From the NCBI RefSeq assembly GCF_000743755.1, contig NW_014569480.1:1-64000 (forward strand): a DNA stretch of 64,000 nucleotides. Direction: 5' to 3'. Under the pieces are notes generated by a model. The model was not told where the DNA came from, did not search any database, and worked only from the letters and a program-made list of their open reading frames with translations. The number at the start of each line of letters is the position of its first letter. The stretch's first letter is position 1. Source of the DNA: Blastocystis sp. subtype 4 (lineage: Eukaryota). Below are positions 52,901-64,000 of this stretch, in pieces. Position numbers and translations under genes: made by a program.

Positions 52901-55900
52901 GGATCAGCAGTGATGACATTGGTTTTGAAGAAGAGATCTTAATTATGATTCAAAAGTACGTAGTATAAACCATCTTTCACATAGTATTGCTTCACCTGAA
53001 GTGTTCTCATTTATCTATGAGTTAATTATTGAAGATGATTCATTACGTGAGAAGTATACACCATTCACTGATTTCCTTGCATCGATTCGAGTTCATTGTA
53101 ACGAAATGAAACAATACTCAGTTATAGCATTGAATCAAAGGATTAGTTACTGGAGTGGAATCTACAAGAGCAAATTACAGAGTATATCTACATCTCTATT
53201 AACTCAACAGTTACAAGAAGAAATGATCTCTGTTCTTCGGAAGGAACGAAAGGCTAAGGAGAAATCGAGTTGGTTCATTCAGGTGATTTGATACATAGTT
53301 GAATTGTCAAGAATGAAGAGTGTATCTATGCAAGCAAGTGCAGTTGAAAATGTGATGGAGACTACTGCCAGTGATTTGTTAATGAAATGTGGAGCTGTGT
53401 GTGCATTACTACGTGAGAACATCGATAGTGTGGTGATTCAGATTATTTGTTGGTTACCTGCTCTTCTCATGCAGTACGTCTTATGATCGATAAATAATCC
53501 TTTAGAGAGTCTCTAATGAAAGAAGCAATTGAATTGTGGCGCTGGCTGTTGGCTGAAATACCACTGTTTCATGTTCCTATTGAAATGATGAGTGATTAGT
53601 AGAATCTCATTCTTCGTGAACTCTGTTCTGCTTGGGAATATACTCGTGAAATACGTTGTGGTATTTTCTGTGTGGCAGATTGTTGGAGAGACAGTCGAGC
53701 TCGCTGGTATCAAGGAGGAATTCATCACGAAGATAGTAGAAATGATTGTGCTTGTCCTTGTCATTGTTCAGCTGTGTTTGAGAAGGTTGCACATCGTTTG
53801 AAGAAGGAGAATTACGATTCTATCGATCATTCAGTGGATCTGTCCAGAATCATCGAAGGGGATGATGATGAGCTCAATATCTCTCCAGTAGTTGTGAAGC
53901 GACGAACTCAATGCACTCCAGACAATTCGAAGTGTCTGTGTTCGTACTGTTGTACTTGTGAACAACTAAAGGATGATGCGGATACACTTCGACTTCATTC
54001 AATTCCTCAGATCTCTCTTTTCTACAGTCCGCCTACATTCCTTCAGGATTTATGTGGTGTCACAGCCTTTGCATCTGGTATTCGTTGCCGACGTGTGAAT
54101 GAAGATGAATGTACCTGTCATGGATTGTGGGTTGAGTTTTTTTCGGAGATCATGAATGCATATGTTGAACGATATACAGACAGTGTAAGTACTGAATGAT
54201 TCTTTGAAACCTAGATGCAAGAAGTGTTGCTTCTTCTTTTCAACAGTGTTCAAAATGAGCTCTGTGTTAACCAACTAGCTCTTCCTTCTGTATTGAGTTT
54301 GTTAATCTGTTGTTACCATGGATATGAATATGGAAAGAAGTATCATCTTCTCTCTGAGGATACTCTATATGTCTTCTACAGCAACATTGTGATCAGTGTT
54401 ATTAACCAGATTGCTTATAATAGTGTACATCGTAATGTTCTTCTCTCGGTTGATATCTGTGATCTCTCTTATGATATAGGTCAAACATGAAATCCCTCTG
54501 GAGAAGGATAAGTTGATTCTTCAGAAATATGTGTTCTTATATGAGCATATCAATGAGGTACATCAACAGAACAAGCGACAAGTTGCTCAACGACGAGCGA
54601 AGAGGAAAATGAATATGGAAACTTCTGAAGAAGATTCTGAGAATCTTCCGGAGTTGTTGATGTATTCATATCTCTATCGAGCTGCAGAACGCCGTAATAA
54701 TCTTACTCTCTCGGAGGTGGATTCATCTGAACACTTCACAGGTGTTTTTGATTCTCAATCCCAGACACAACCCACCAAAAGTCCTCTTCCTTCAGACCAT
54801 CTCTCTGTGATCACTTCAACGAATGAATCATCGTCATTCCGTTTCGAGGAACTATGTTTGATTCTGCTACGTGGAGTGATGGAACGATTGGTACTCCAAC
54901 TCAATCCTTGTCAAGAATCCTCTCGTGAGACATTGCCAACTGTGTACACTACTCAAGCCAAGAATTATAGTGTTAATCAATGGAAAGAGGTTATGCAACT
55001 CTGTCGAACTCATTCATCTGAGTGTACTATAGTCATAGTTCATCTCTACCCTCAGATCCCTGTATTACGAACAGAATTATCGAAACTTATTTTGGAATTC
55101 CCTGAAAAGTACATTCATTGTCCTGACTGTGTAATGGATTACATCTTGAATAATAATGATACTAACAAGCGATGGCTCCTCTACTGGACTCAACCTTCCT
55201 TGACTACGGTAACAACTCTCTTCTTGTGTGATCTTTAGATTGTTGCGTCGATGTCACGAAATTCGGCTGATCTACTTATGGATGTACCTCCAATGCGTAT
55301 TCCCGCGGTTATGCAGTATATCACATCGGCTTTAGGTCAGTTCCCACCAGAATCGTTATGTTTCTATCTGCCACAATTTGTGCAGGGATTACGTCATGAT
55401 GCTACAGGAAAGCTTCAGGAGTACATTCTGGTCTTATGCTCGAAGAATGTATTACTAACACATCAATTGCTCTGGTTCGTGTAATGACTACTCATCACAA
55501 ATAGGGCTTTGATTACGGAAAGTGAGACTGAAATCAAGCAATCCGAAAAACATGGGTTTTCCGGGAATCCAGTAAGTGTAGAAAAGAGACTTGATATTAG
55601 ATCCAAGGAAGTGATAATTTGCCTTCAATTTGTCAATCTATTATCACTCGAATCAAAGCAGGAATGACACCAGCTCAATCAATTTTGTATCGACAGCAAT
55701 TTGACTTCTTTAATCGGTTGATCAACATTAGTGGCTTGGTGAAGCCATTGAAAAAAGAGGACCGAAAAGGAGAAATCATGAAGTATCTCCAAGTATGAGT
55801 AATGTGATAATCTTATTCTAGGAGATACGATCCACTGTAAAGAATGCCAACTTATATCTCCCTACAAACCCTGAGTATCATATCACTGATGTGATTGTAG

Positions 55901-57225
55901 ATTCAGCAGCAGCTATGCAATCTGCAGGCAAAGCACCTTATCGATTGATGTTTGAAGTGGAACCATGGGATGGTCCAGATTCTGCGATTACGCGAATTGA
56001 AAATCATCTTAGTGAACAGGATGAGCAACCAGTAGTTCAACGACGTCCAAGCAGTCGATGTAAGGATATCAAACGCATTTTTCATTAGATCGATCTGTAG
56101 ACAAGAAATCGTTGAATTCTTTCTATGCTCCGTATTCCAGAAATAGAAGAGATTATGTATAGACGTACTAACAGTACGATGGATTCTTCAATCCAACAAC
56201 TTCAGAACTTACGGCCTCGTTCAACATTCCGATCGAGCACTCAACATGTGTATTCTCCTCTCAGTCAAGGAGATATGCATTTAAATGAAACAGAGCCAGA
56301 GAAGGAGCCAATACAAATGGGTCTGATTCTGAAGGCATATGATGATTGTCGACAGGATACATTGGCTCTTCAAGTTATGCATTTACTGGAAACTATTTGG
56401 GAGTCTGAAGGAATTGACATTCCACTGATGGTATATAATGTAACTCCTGCTCGTACCTCTGATGAGCATCATGCGATGGGAGGTATCATTGAGTGTGTAC
56501 AGAATAGTGATTCTCGGGATAATCTGGGAAAGAAAGGATTCGTGTCATTAAAGATGTATTACGAAGTAGGACCTGTATTCGAAATGATAGAAATAGTCCC
56601 TATTTGGTCGAGAAGATAGTGAAGAATATGAGATGGCTTTGCGTCGTTTCATTCGGAGTTCAGCAGCATATATATCCTTGTCCTCCTATTGATTAGGACT
56701 CCTTCACTATAGGCTGTTGCTTGTTACATTCTATGGGTAAAGGACCGCCACAATGGTAATTTAATGCTTGATAAGAAGGGGAACCTGATTCATATTGATT
56801 TTGGATTCCTTCTTGGGACATCTCCTGGAGGTAATCTAGGATTTGAAACTGCTGCATTCAAGTTTTCAGATGAGATGTATTTACTGATGGGAGGATCAAC
56901 ACAGGCCTATCCCTTCCGTGAATTCCTTGATTTGACTGTTGAAGCTTTTTTGTGTATTCGAAAGTATTGGAAGGAGATTTGTGATGTGGTAAACTGTATG
57001 TCAGATAGTGGTCTTCCCTGCTTCCTTCCTGACACTTTGGTGAAGTTGAAACAGAGACTAACTCCAGATCTTTCCGAGCTCCAAGCGGCTCAGGGAATGC
57101 AAGCAAGAGTAAGGTTGTTTCTATAATGTTATTTGTAGTCTTTGGATTCAATTAAGAAGTGGACTACAATTCTTTATGATGGTATCCAAGTTTTCCAAAA
57201 TGGTATTTATGCTGATTCATGGTGA
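49991..57225 (+). CDS. PI4KA: Phosphatidylinositol 4-kinase alpha (type IIIa, STT4-like); many introns, including one U12-type
   Basis: FYLPQFVQGLRHD, LYLPTNP, MQSAGKAP, DDCRQDTLALQ, KDRHNGN, IHIDFGF, SPGGNLGFE. TGA at 57223-57225. Confidence 0.92.
56672..56712 (+). other. U12-type (minor spliceosome) intron with AT-AG termini, 41 nt
   Basis: 5' ATATCCTT, branch-like TCCTTCAC 5 nt before the 3' end, 3' TAG. Removal restores FIRSSAAY|AVACYILWVKDRHNGN; none of the nearby GT donors tested restores the frame. Confidence 0.85.
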
Positions 57226-57393
57226 TATGAGGTTTGTTTGTTGAATACAGTGCTTTTTATCCTAATTCACTACTGAATCTGAGAGTATCATTTCGATCAT
57301 TCGTACTTCTATATAATAATCATCATCGATATATGGATTCCGACGTGTAGTTAATTACTTTCTAGAATCTCTGTTAGTGTTACCTTTTCAAGA

Positions 57394-58803
57394 ATGAACT
57401 TTCTGAATCAGGCTAAGGGACTTGTAGCGTAAGCAATGAATGAATTATGAGTCTTATGGGTTAGCAAGAAGACGGAACTGGAGAAGACTCTGGATCAGGC
57501 TCTTTCGAATGAGAACTGGGGTGCTTCTGGAACGATGTTGAGCGATATTGCTCAGGCTTCCTACAATGAGTATTCTGTGGGTTGTGGGTTTCTGATATCT
57601 AGTGCTGATTACCAGGTGATCAAGGAAGCTATTTTCAAGGCTCTGGCTTCCCAACCCAAGTATTGGAAGATCATTTTCAAGGTATGTGGTATTGAATAGA
57701 TTTGAGAGTGAGGCATTGAACTTGATCGATCACTTGATCCGAAATGGATCTCCTCGTATGATTGATGACGCTCGTGACAACATCGAGAAGTTGCGTTCTC
57801 TTCAGGAGTTCAGTTTCAAGGAGCAACAGTATGATCGTGGTAATGGAGGTAGGAATGGTCTAGGAATGGTCTAGGAAAGTGAGGTGTAGTTCGTGAGAAG
57901 TCCTCCCAGATCATTGAGCTTCTGGATGATGACCAGCGTCTCCGTTTCGAGCGTAAGAAGGCAAAGGAACTGAAGCAGAAGCTGGCTTCTCGTCAGAATG
58001 CTGTTGGTGGAGGTGCTCCCGCCTCAGCTGGTCCTCAGGTGCGTCAGGCTCGTCAGGCCCGTCCGATGGGTCGTGGTCGTTATGATGACGATGAGGATGA
58101 CTACCGTCCTCGTCGCAAGCCTCGTTTTGAGGACGATGATGAAGATGATTATCGTCCTAAGAAGAAGACGACTCGTCGTACAGATGTGAGTGATGAGGAA
58201 GAGGAACGTCCTCGTCGTAAGCCTGCAAAGAAGGCGTCTCGTTATGATGACGATGAAGAGGAGGAAGAGCGTCCGAAGAAGAGACCTGTGAAGAAGGCTG
58301 CTAAGAAGGTGGCTGATGATGATGACTTCGAGGAGGAGGAGGAGAAGCCTAAGAAGAAGCCTGTGAAGAAGGCTGCTAAGAAGGTTGTGGAGGAGGATGA
58401 CTTCGAGGAGGAGGAGAAGCCCAAGAAGAAGGCTCCTGCGAAGAAGGCTGCAAAGAAGCCTGTGGAGGAGGAAGAGGAGTTTGGTGAGGAGGCCGAAGAG
58501 CCTGAACCTGCTGGAGAGGATGATCTGATGGATATGTTCTCAAATGCTGTCGCTTCAACTCCTGCGGACACAAGTGCTGCTGGTGCTTATGATTATAGCT
58601 ATGGAGCCAGTGGTAATGATGCTTATGGAGGTATGGTGGATCTGTCATCTCTGAGTATGGACAACTCGGCTCAACAGCAACAGTCACAACAGGCCTATGG
58701 ATATGGTGCTTATGGATATGGTGCCCAACAGCCTCAGCAACAAGGCTATGGCTATGGAGGCTATGGCTATGGACAGCAGGGATTCGGAGGATATGGCTAT
58801 TAG
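57394..58803 (+). CDS. ENTH-domain (epsin/CLINT1-like) protein with a charged-repeat and G/Y/Q-rich tail; spliced
   Basis: ALSNENWGASGTMLSDIAQAS, WKIIFKALNLIDHLIRNGS, DRGNGVREKS, RLRFERKKAK. Confidence 0.9.
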
Positions 58804-58925
58804 TTCCTTTGTTATTGTATTGAAATTAATGTTTGTTCGAATCTGAGAAGGATTGGGCATTTTGTACGGAAACTCCAATGTAACCCCTATTTGTTTGCCA
58901 TATTTCTTTTGCTGTACGAATTACC

Positions 58926-61153
58926 ATGGGATCCGTATTTTCTTGTGACTCTAACTTCCGACTTCCTCCGTTTGAATACCATGATCGTTTTGTCGAGATT
59001 TGATTGAAGTGTGATTGGTAGTATCCATTTCCCATTGCCAAGCCAGTAGAGGGTGACGCAAAGAGTGGAATATATCGGGGACTGGATTCTCTGGACAAAC
59101 TGTGGGATCATCCAATTCCATCAAAACCGTGGATTAATACGAGCTTGTAGAGATTAAAATGTAAAGTAAGAGCTAGGGAAGTACTGAAAAACTCGTATAA
59201 GGAACATCCCAATTCACGATCTCTAGGTCAGCGTGTAATTAATCCAGATGGAACGCGAGGAGATTACGAGTATCTCACTTACAAACAACTGTATCCTCTT
59301 GTAGTTCAATTGGGACGGAGCATGCGAAAACAATTCCCGTGGCTGGAACGTCAAGGTCGTGTTGGATTCTTCGGGAAGAATTGTAGAGATCTTCAACTAT
59401 TTAGTCTTTCCTTGCAGTCTCAGGATCAGATCTCCGTCCCCATTTACGATACGTTGGGAGACGAAGCTGTCCGTTATGTGATTGAACATTCTGAAATGAC
59501 TGTGATGGCTGTAACCGAAGAGAAGTTACCTCTTCTGGCGAAATGCTTATCGAAAACTGGTTTGATTCGTGCTATTGTTCTCTTAAATGTGCCAAAGACA
59601 AGTGAGGTACTTCGTTCCTTCAAGGAAGCGATCAACAAGGACATTCGTGTTCTTCACTTTGAAGAAGTGTTTATTTTTGGAATGACTCATTTCTAGCTGG
59701 CTTGTGTACCTCTTGAAGATCCTGTGGTCGAGACTGCTGATGACTGGCTACCTTCAGGAGATTCTCTGGAATACATTCTTTATACGAGTGGAACCACGGG
59801 AAATCCGAAAGGAGTCATGCTTCGCCATTCAGCTATGCTCATTGTATCAACATCTTTTATTAATTATATTGTATTATAATATGAGTAGAATGATTTTATA
59901 GATTAAGAATGGATGGAATTATACAGATGAGGATGGCATGTTCTCCTATCTTCCATTAGCTCATGGATATGAAACAGCTGTAGAATTTGCACTAATGATA
60001 TTAGGATCTCGTATTACATATTACAGTGGATCTTTGCATATGTTGGTGGATGATCTGAAATATGCTAAACCTTCATTGTTTATTGCTGTTCCTCGTGTGT
60101 TACAGAACATTCAACAGACTATTCTTGAAACATTCCAGAAGCAGAGTTGGATCAAACGAAAGATAATACAGTGGTGTCTCTGGCGTCAGACTCTTGCTCA
60201 TCGCAAGGGCTATCGCATTGCTCTTTATGATAAACTTGTGTTTAATCAGATCAAGAATACCTTTGGAGGCAATATCAAATGCTTTGCTTCTGGAGCTGCT
60301 CCTCTCTCTGGTGAATTGAGTGAGTTCCTTCAAGTGTGTTTTGGGGTCCCAATTCTTGAAGGATATGGTCTCACTGAAACTGCCGCTGCTTGTTCAATGA
60401 CAATAAATAATGGGCATGTGGTGTATTATTCAGTGGGAACACCATTATGTGGTCAGGAGATCTGTCTACGATCAGTTCCTGAGATGGGTTACACTACAGA
60501 AGATACTCCTTATCCCCGTGGGGAGGTTCTTGTTCGAGGTCCAGCCATGTTCAATGGGTATTATAAGAACCCTGAGTTGACGAAGAAGGTGGTGGAGCCA
60601 GATGGTTGGTTCCATACTGGTGATATTGGTCAGATCAATCCTGATGGTGGTCTTTCAGTTATTGATAGGATCAAAAGTTTGCTGAAGTTGTCTCAAGGCG
60701 AGTATGTGGCAACAGAACGAGTAGAGGCAGTTTTTTCGGAATGCGCTTGGGTGTCGCAAGTGTTTATTTATGGTAATTCGTATGAGAATTGTTTGGTTGC
60801 TGTTGCTGCACCCAATCCTCATCTAGTCATTCCATATGCTCGTTCAATTGGTCTACCTGTGAAGGATACAAAGGAGGAAGGATGGCAGGAAGCATTAGCT
60901 GCTGCTTGTTGTGACCCTCAGGTCGTTGCAAAGGTGAAGGATGAGTTGAATGCGTATGGAAAGAAGATGGGTTTGAAGGGTTTTGAGATGATTAAGGGAT
61001 TGTATGTGGATGGACATCTTGGTGCAATGAATCAGATCTTTGCAGTTGAGAATGGACTTATGACACCAACGTTCAAATTGAAGAGAAAGGCGTGCTTTGA
61101 CAAGTATCAGCCAATCATTAAGCAGTTGTATGAAGAGATTCACAAGAAGAAGT
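58926..61153 (+). CDS. Long-chain fatty acyl-CoA synthetase; spliced; stop predicted to be completed by polyadenylation
   Basis: YTSGTTGNPKG, SYLPLAHGYE, EGYGLTET, GWFHTGDIG, KLSQGEYV, TPTFKLKR. In-frame T at 61153 + TGAC + TGTTTGTT. Confidence 0.93.
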
Positions 61154-61157
61154 TGAC

Positions 61158-61165
61158 TGTTTGTT
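61158..61165 (+). terminator. TGTTTGTT 3'-processing element
   Basis: Exact motif, 4 nt after the in-frame T at 61153. Confidence 0.8.
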
Positions 61166-61236
61166 GGTTATTACACAAGGTGTACAATTGATCCTCGTGT
61201 CGGAGAACACGACCATGGCGACACCATAATCGAATA

Positions 61237-62137
61237 ATGTCTAGAAGAGATCAACTCAGTGTAATCGATAGTTTGGCATTCGATTTGGAGCTGGTGAGAA
61301 TCCATAGAGTGGATGATGCGTAGAAAACGTTCTTCTATTTGCGCGTTCATGACCTGAAAGAACTTTCAGCAACGAACAATCGAATCAACAAGGTAATATC
61401 TAGCAAATACTTCTGGAAGGTGATTTACGAAAGAGATTTTAAAGCAACTCTCCCCGAGAGTGATAATGTTTCTCCACAACATTTATATTATATCCGATCA
61501 ATTAGCAGTTTCTTATCCATCGATCGCGCCAAGACCATGAACAATATGCTGTAGTTATTATTCGATGTTTCAATGTTCAGAAATGTCCTTCACCAGGCGA
61601 ATCGTATTGAAACACCTATTCATATGACCTTTTCTCTAGGGATCTGGACTATCGAGTTTGATGTCGACAATTATCGGATTTATTAATTGTAGAGGATATC
61701 AGGATACACGTTTCTGGAGGATAATCACCATCTCGGTATTGAATTGGCGTATACCAGCAATGGATGGTAGAACCGTTCTTTCATAATGATGATAGGTTTC
61801 GTTATCGTGCATACGATGGAGAACAATACTGTGTATACAGGTACGTGAGAGAGTGTGTTGTGATTGTAGTTCAGCAGAAATCGTGAATCAGACTCTTCAT
61901 ATTGTAGAGCCATATGAGAGTACGATACAGCGTGGAATGGAGATTGGGGTTGCTTACAAATGGGGAGAATGGATTCTAATCAATGATATTGGAACCATCT
62001 ATATTATAAATAACACTGATAAACGTCAAGCCTTAGTTCTCTCACCTTATGAGAGTGGATTTGTTTTTTATGCAACTGATAAGAATCCACTGAATTCAGA
62101 ACGAGTGATAATTTATCCTAGTAAAAAATTAGAATGA
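61237..62137 (+). CDS. F-box-like protein; spliced
   Basis: Spliced N-terminus IDSLAFDLEL|KTFFYLRVHDLKELSATNNRINKVISSKYFWKVIYERDF fits F-box spacing. Confidence 0.6.
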
Positions 62138-62162
62138 CTCTTCTTGTTGTAATAAACACATA

Positions 62163-63904
62163 CAAGAAAAACTGTGAATGATCGAATTACAACATGGACA
62201 TGCAATTGAGTCCCATCGATCAAGTAGATAACCACAACATGAGCATGTTTTGGTAGATTCACGATGAGAGAGTTTCGATACGACTTTCTCTGCCCTTGCA
62301 TCATAATAAAATGGATTGCCATTTCGATTGTAATATTTAGCATATCCAGCAGGACAATCATTCTCCCAATGGTCCTTAGGTAGAGACCATGAAGATAACC
62401 ACAGTAATGGATTGAAGAAGTAACTCTTTCCATCTTCAGTCAAAGCTGAACCCCAGCCAGCAGGTAGTCTTGAGAGAGGATCATATGGATCACTCAGAAT
62501 CCGCGGAAATGAAGGTCGAATGAATTTGGTTTTTCGTTCAATCACTTTTTGAATCGAATTTGTTGATGGAGCAACAGAGTGCCTATAAACATAACAGGAT
62601 TTGCATAAGACAATTCCACTGTCATTTGATCCACAGGAATTAACCTGTTCTTCTTGCTGCCGGTTCTCATTATCTAAATACTCTTCAGGATCTAATCGAT
62701 GTGTCAATTCTTCATATGTTCCTCCACAGTCATCACAGATCAAGAGATGACAATATGAACACACACAACAGCAACCTGGTTGAATGTGCTTATGACACAT
62801 TGAACAGAGTGTCGTTGAAGCTTTGGCATTGCGATTAAAAAGACATAAGAATTCCCGTGATTCTTCCTTATCCTTTAATATCAGTTCCAGTATGAAGTTC
62901 TTTGTAACAAGTAGAAGGACTGTTCCATTTGAATGAATTGTAGCGAGAATTGATTCAAACACTCGAAGCACTCGGATTTGCTTCTCTTTCACATAGGCAT
63001 TTGTGATCACAATGAGATCGTTAAATAAGAACACTTTTACTGGAATTGGTTGGGAGTCATCTTTCTCTTGCAATTGGGCCATGTACTAACAATAATCAAA
63101 AACAATAATAGAGACTTTACGCATGATATATCGATTAGGTTTGATGACGGTATGTGTAGTGACTGCATTCTGAAGAGTAATGAGTATCTGAGAATCTTCA
63201 TCCCACTGGAGTGACTCGTCACACTTTGTAGCCACTTCGGAGATAGCATTTAGTGCATTCTAAAGGGAATTGAGAACGATTCGAAGTACGTGCAATGAAG
63301 GATAATCAGGATGAGAAGGATCTGTGTATTTGATAATCTCATTCAGTAACAAACGATAACGAGGTATCCGCTGAATTGGTTTGATTAGATAACTCTACAC
63401 TCAAAAATGGTGACAACTCCTACAGGCAAAGGTAAACCCTTGCTTCGAGGATCCAGAAGTGTTTCAGAAAAGAATGTATTGATTGTCTTATCTTTACTCA
63501 GTTTCTTCAATACCATCGAAACATTCTTCTGTGATTGAATGTACACCTTATATCTACACTTGATTATCCATTGAATATGAATACAGCTTCATGAATGGGG
63601 TATAATAGAGAAGTAACTTTCCAACACAGACTGATTCAAACCGATCCTTTCCGTTGCCATCAAAGCACAACGATGTCAACTCACTCAGAAACCTTCCATG
63701 AACTGACAGAATAGCTCGAATGTTACCAAAGAGAATGTACTCCATCTCCTCAGAAAGGATTTGACGGTCTTTCATAGGTTCAATGAACAACGTAACAATC
63801 CGTCTACATATCAACCAAGATATGCATCAATACCCTAAGTCCTCAACATATACCTTTTCGGTGTCATAGAGTTCCTTACACGCATACCAACGTTTCGTCA
63901 CCAT
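62163..63904 (-). CDS. RhoGEF (DH-PH) with a degenerate FYVE-like zinc finger and two WW domains; spliced; may extend 5' beyond 63904; end at 62163 (poly(A)-made UGA) or 62129
   Basis: ELYDTEKVYVEDL, LFGNIRAIL, YLIKPIQRIPRYRLLL, FLFNDLIV, CSMC..CSYC..CDDC..CKSC, LPAGW...DGKSYFFN...SSWSLP. Confidence 0.85.
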
Positions 63905-64000
63905 TTGTTCGGTAAACCAGAGATTCACTCCAAGAATCTAACGAACTAATAATCTAATATGTAAATTCCCGCGGGATAGAACTTCTTTTGTTTTCTTGTC

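Noticed and set aside
1..64000. Alternative genetic code or pseudogenes to explain frequent in-frame stops
   Set aside because: The stops examined fall inside ~30-nt GT-AG introns, and long exons translate cleanly with the standard code.

Overview
Gene-dense eukaryotic nuclear DNA with about 31 protein-coding genes, roughly 30-nt GT-AG introns, intergenic gaps often under 150 bp, and a TGTTTGTT-like element at gene 3' ends. These traits point to the gut stramenopile Blastocystis (inference; the subtype cannot be fixed from sequence alone). Most ORF-track entries are single exons or antisense shadows. Genes include a formin with tandem CCDC53-like repeats, PSMA2, a tail-anchored degenerate Hsp70, RSM22, a MOCOS-like sulfurase with a signal peptide, PRP8, Asterix, a divergent actin, DNPEP, uS9m, OST3/6, ESS2, SDHB, NOC3, XRN2, PI4KA, an epsin-like protein, an acyl-CoA synthetase and a RhoGEF. 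Main signals: (1) at least five genes, including PRP8, appear to lack an encoded stop and place an in-frame T exactly 4 nt before TGTTTGTT, so poly(A) addition would complete UAA, a mechanism already known in Blastocystis; (2) most convergent gene pairs share a 15-18 bp back-to-back poly(A) element; (3) tandem genes start only 7-14 nt after the upstream element; (4) a 41-nt AT-AG U12-type intron lies in PI4KA; (5) PRP8 has a long intron with a 132-bp duplication and an apparent frameshift. No tRNA, rRNA, transposon or CRISPR array was recognised. Exon structures were read by eye, so gene ends are approximate where stated.
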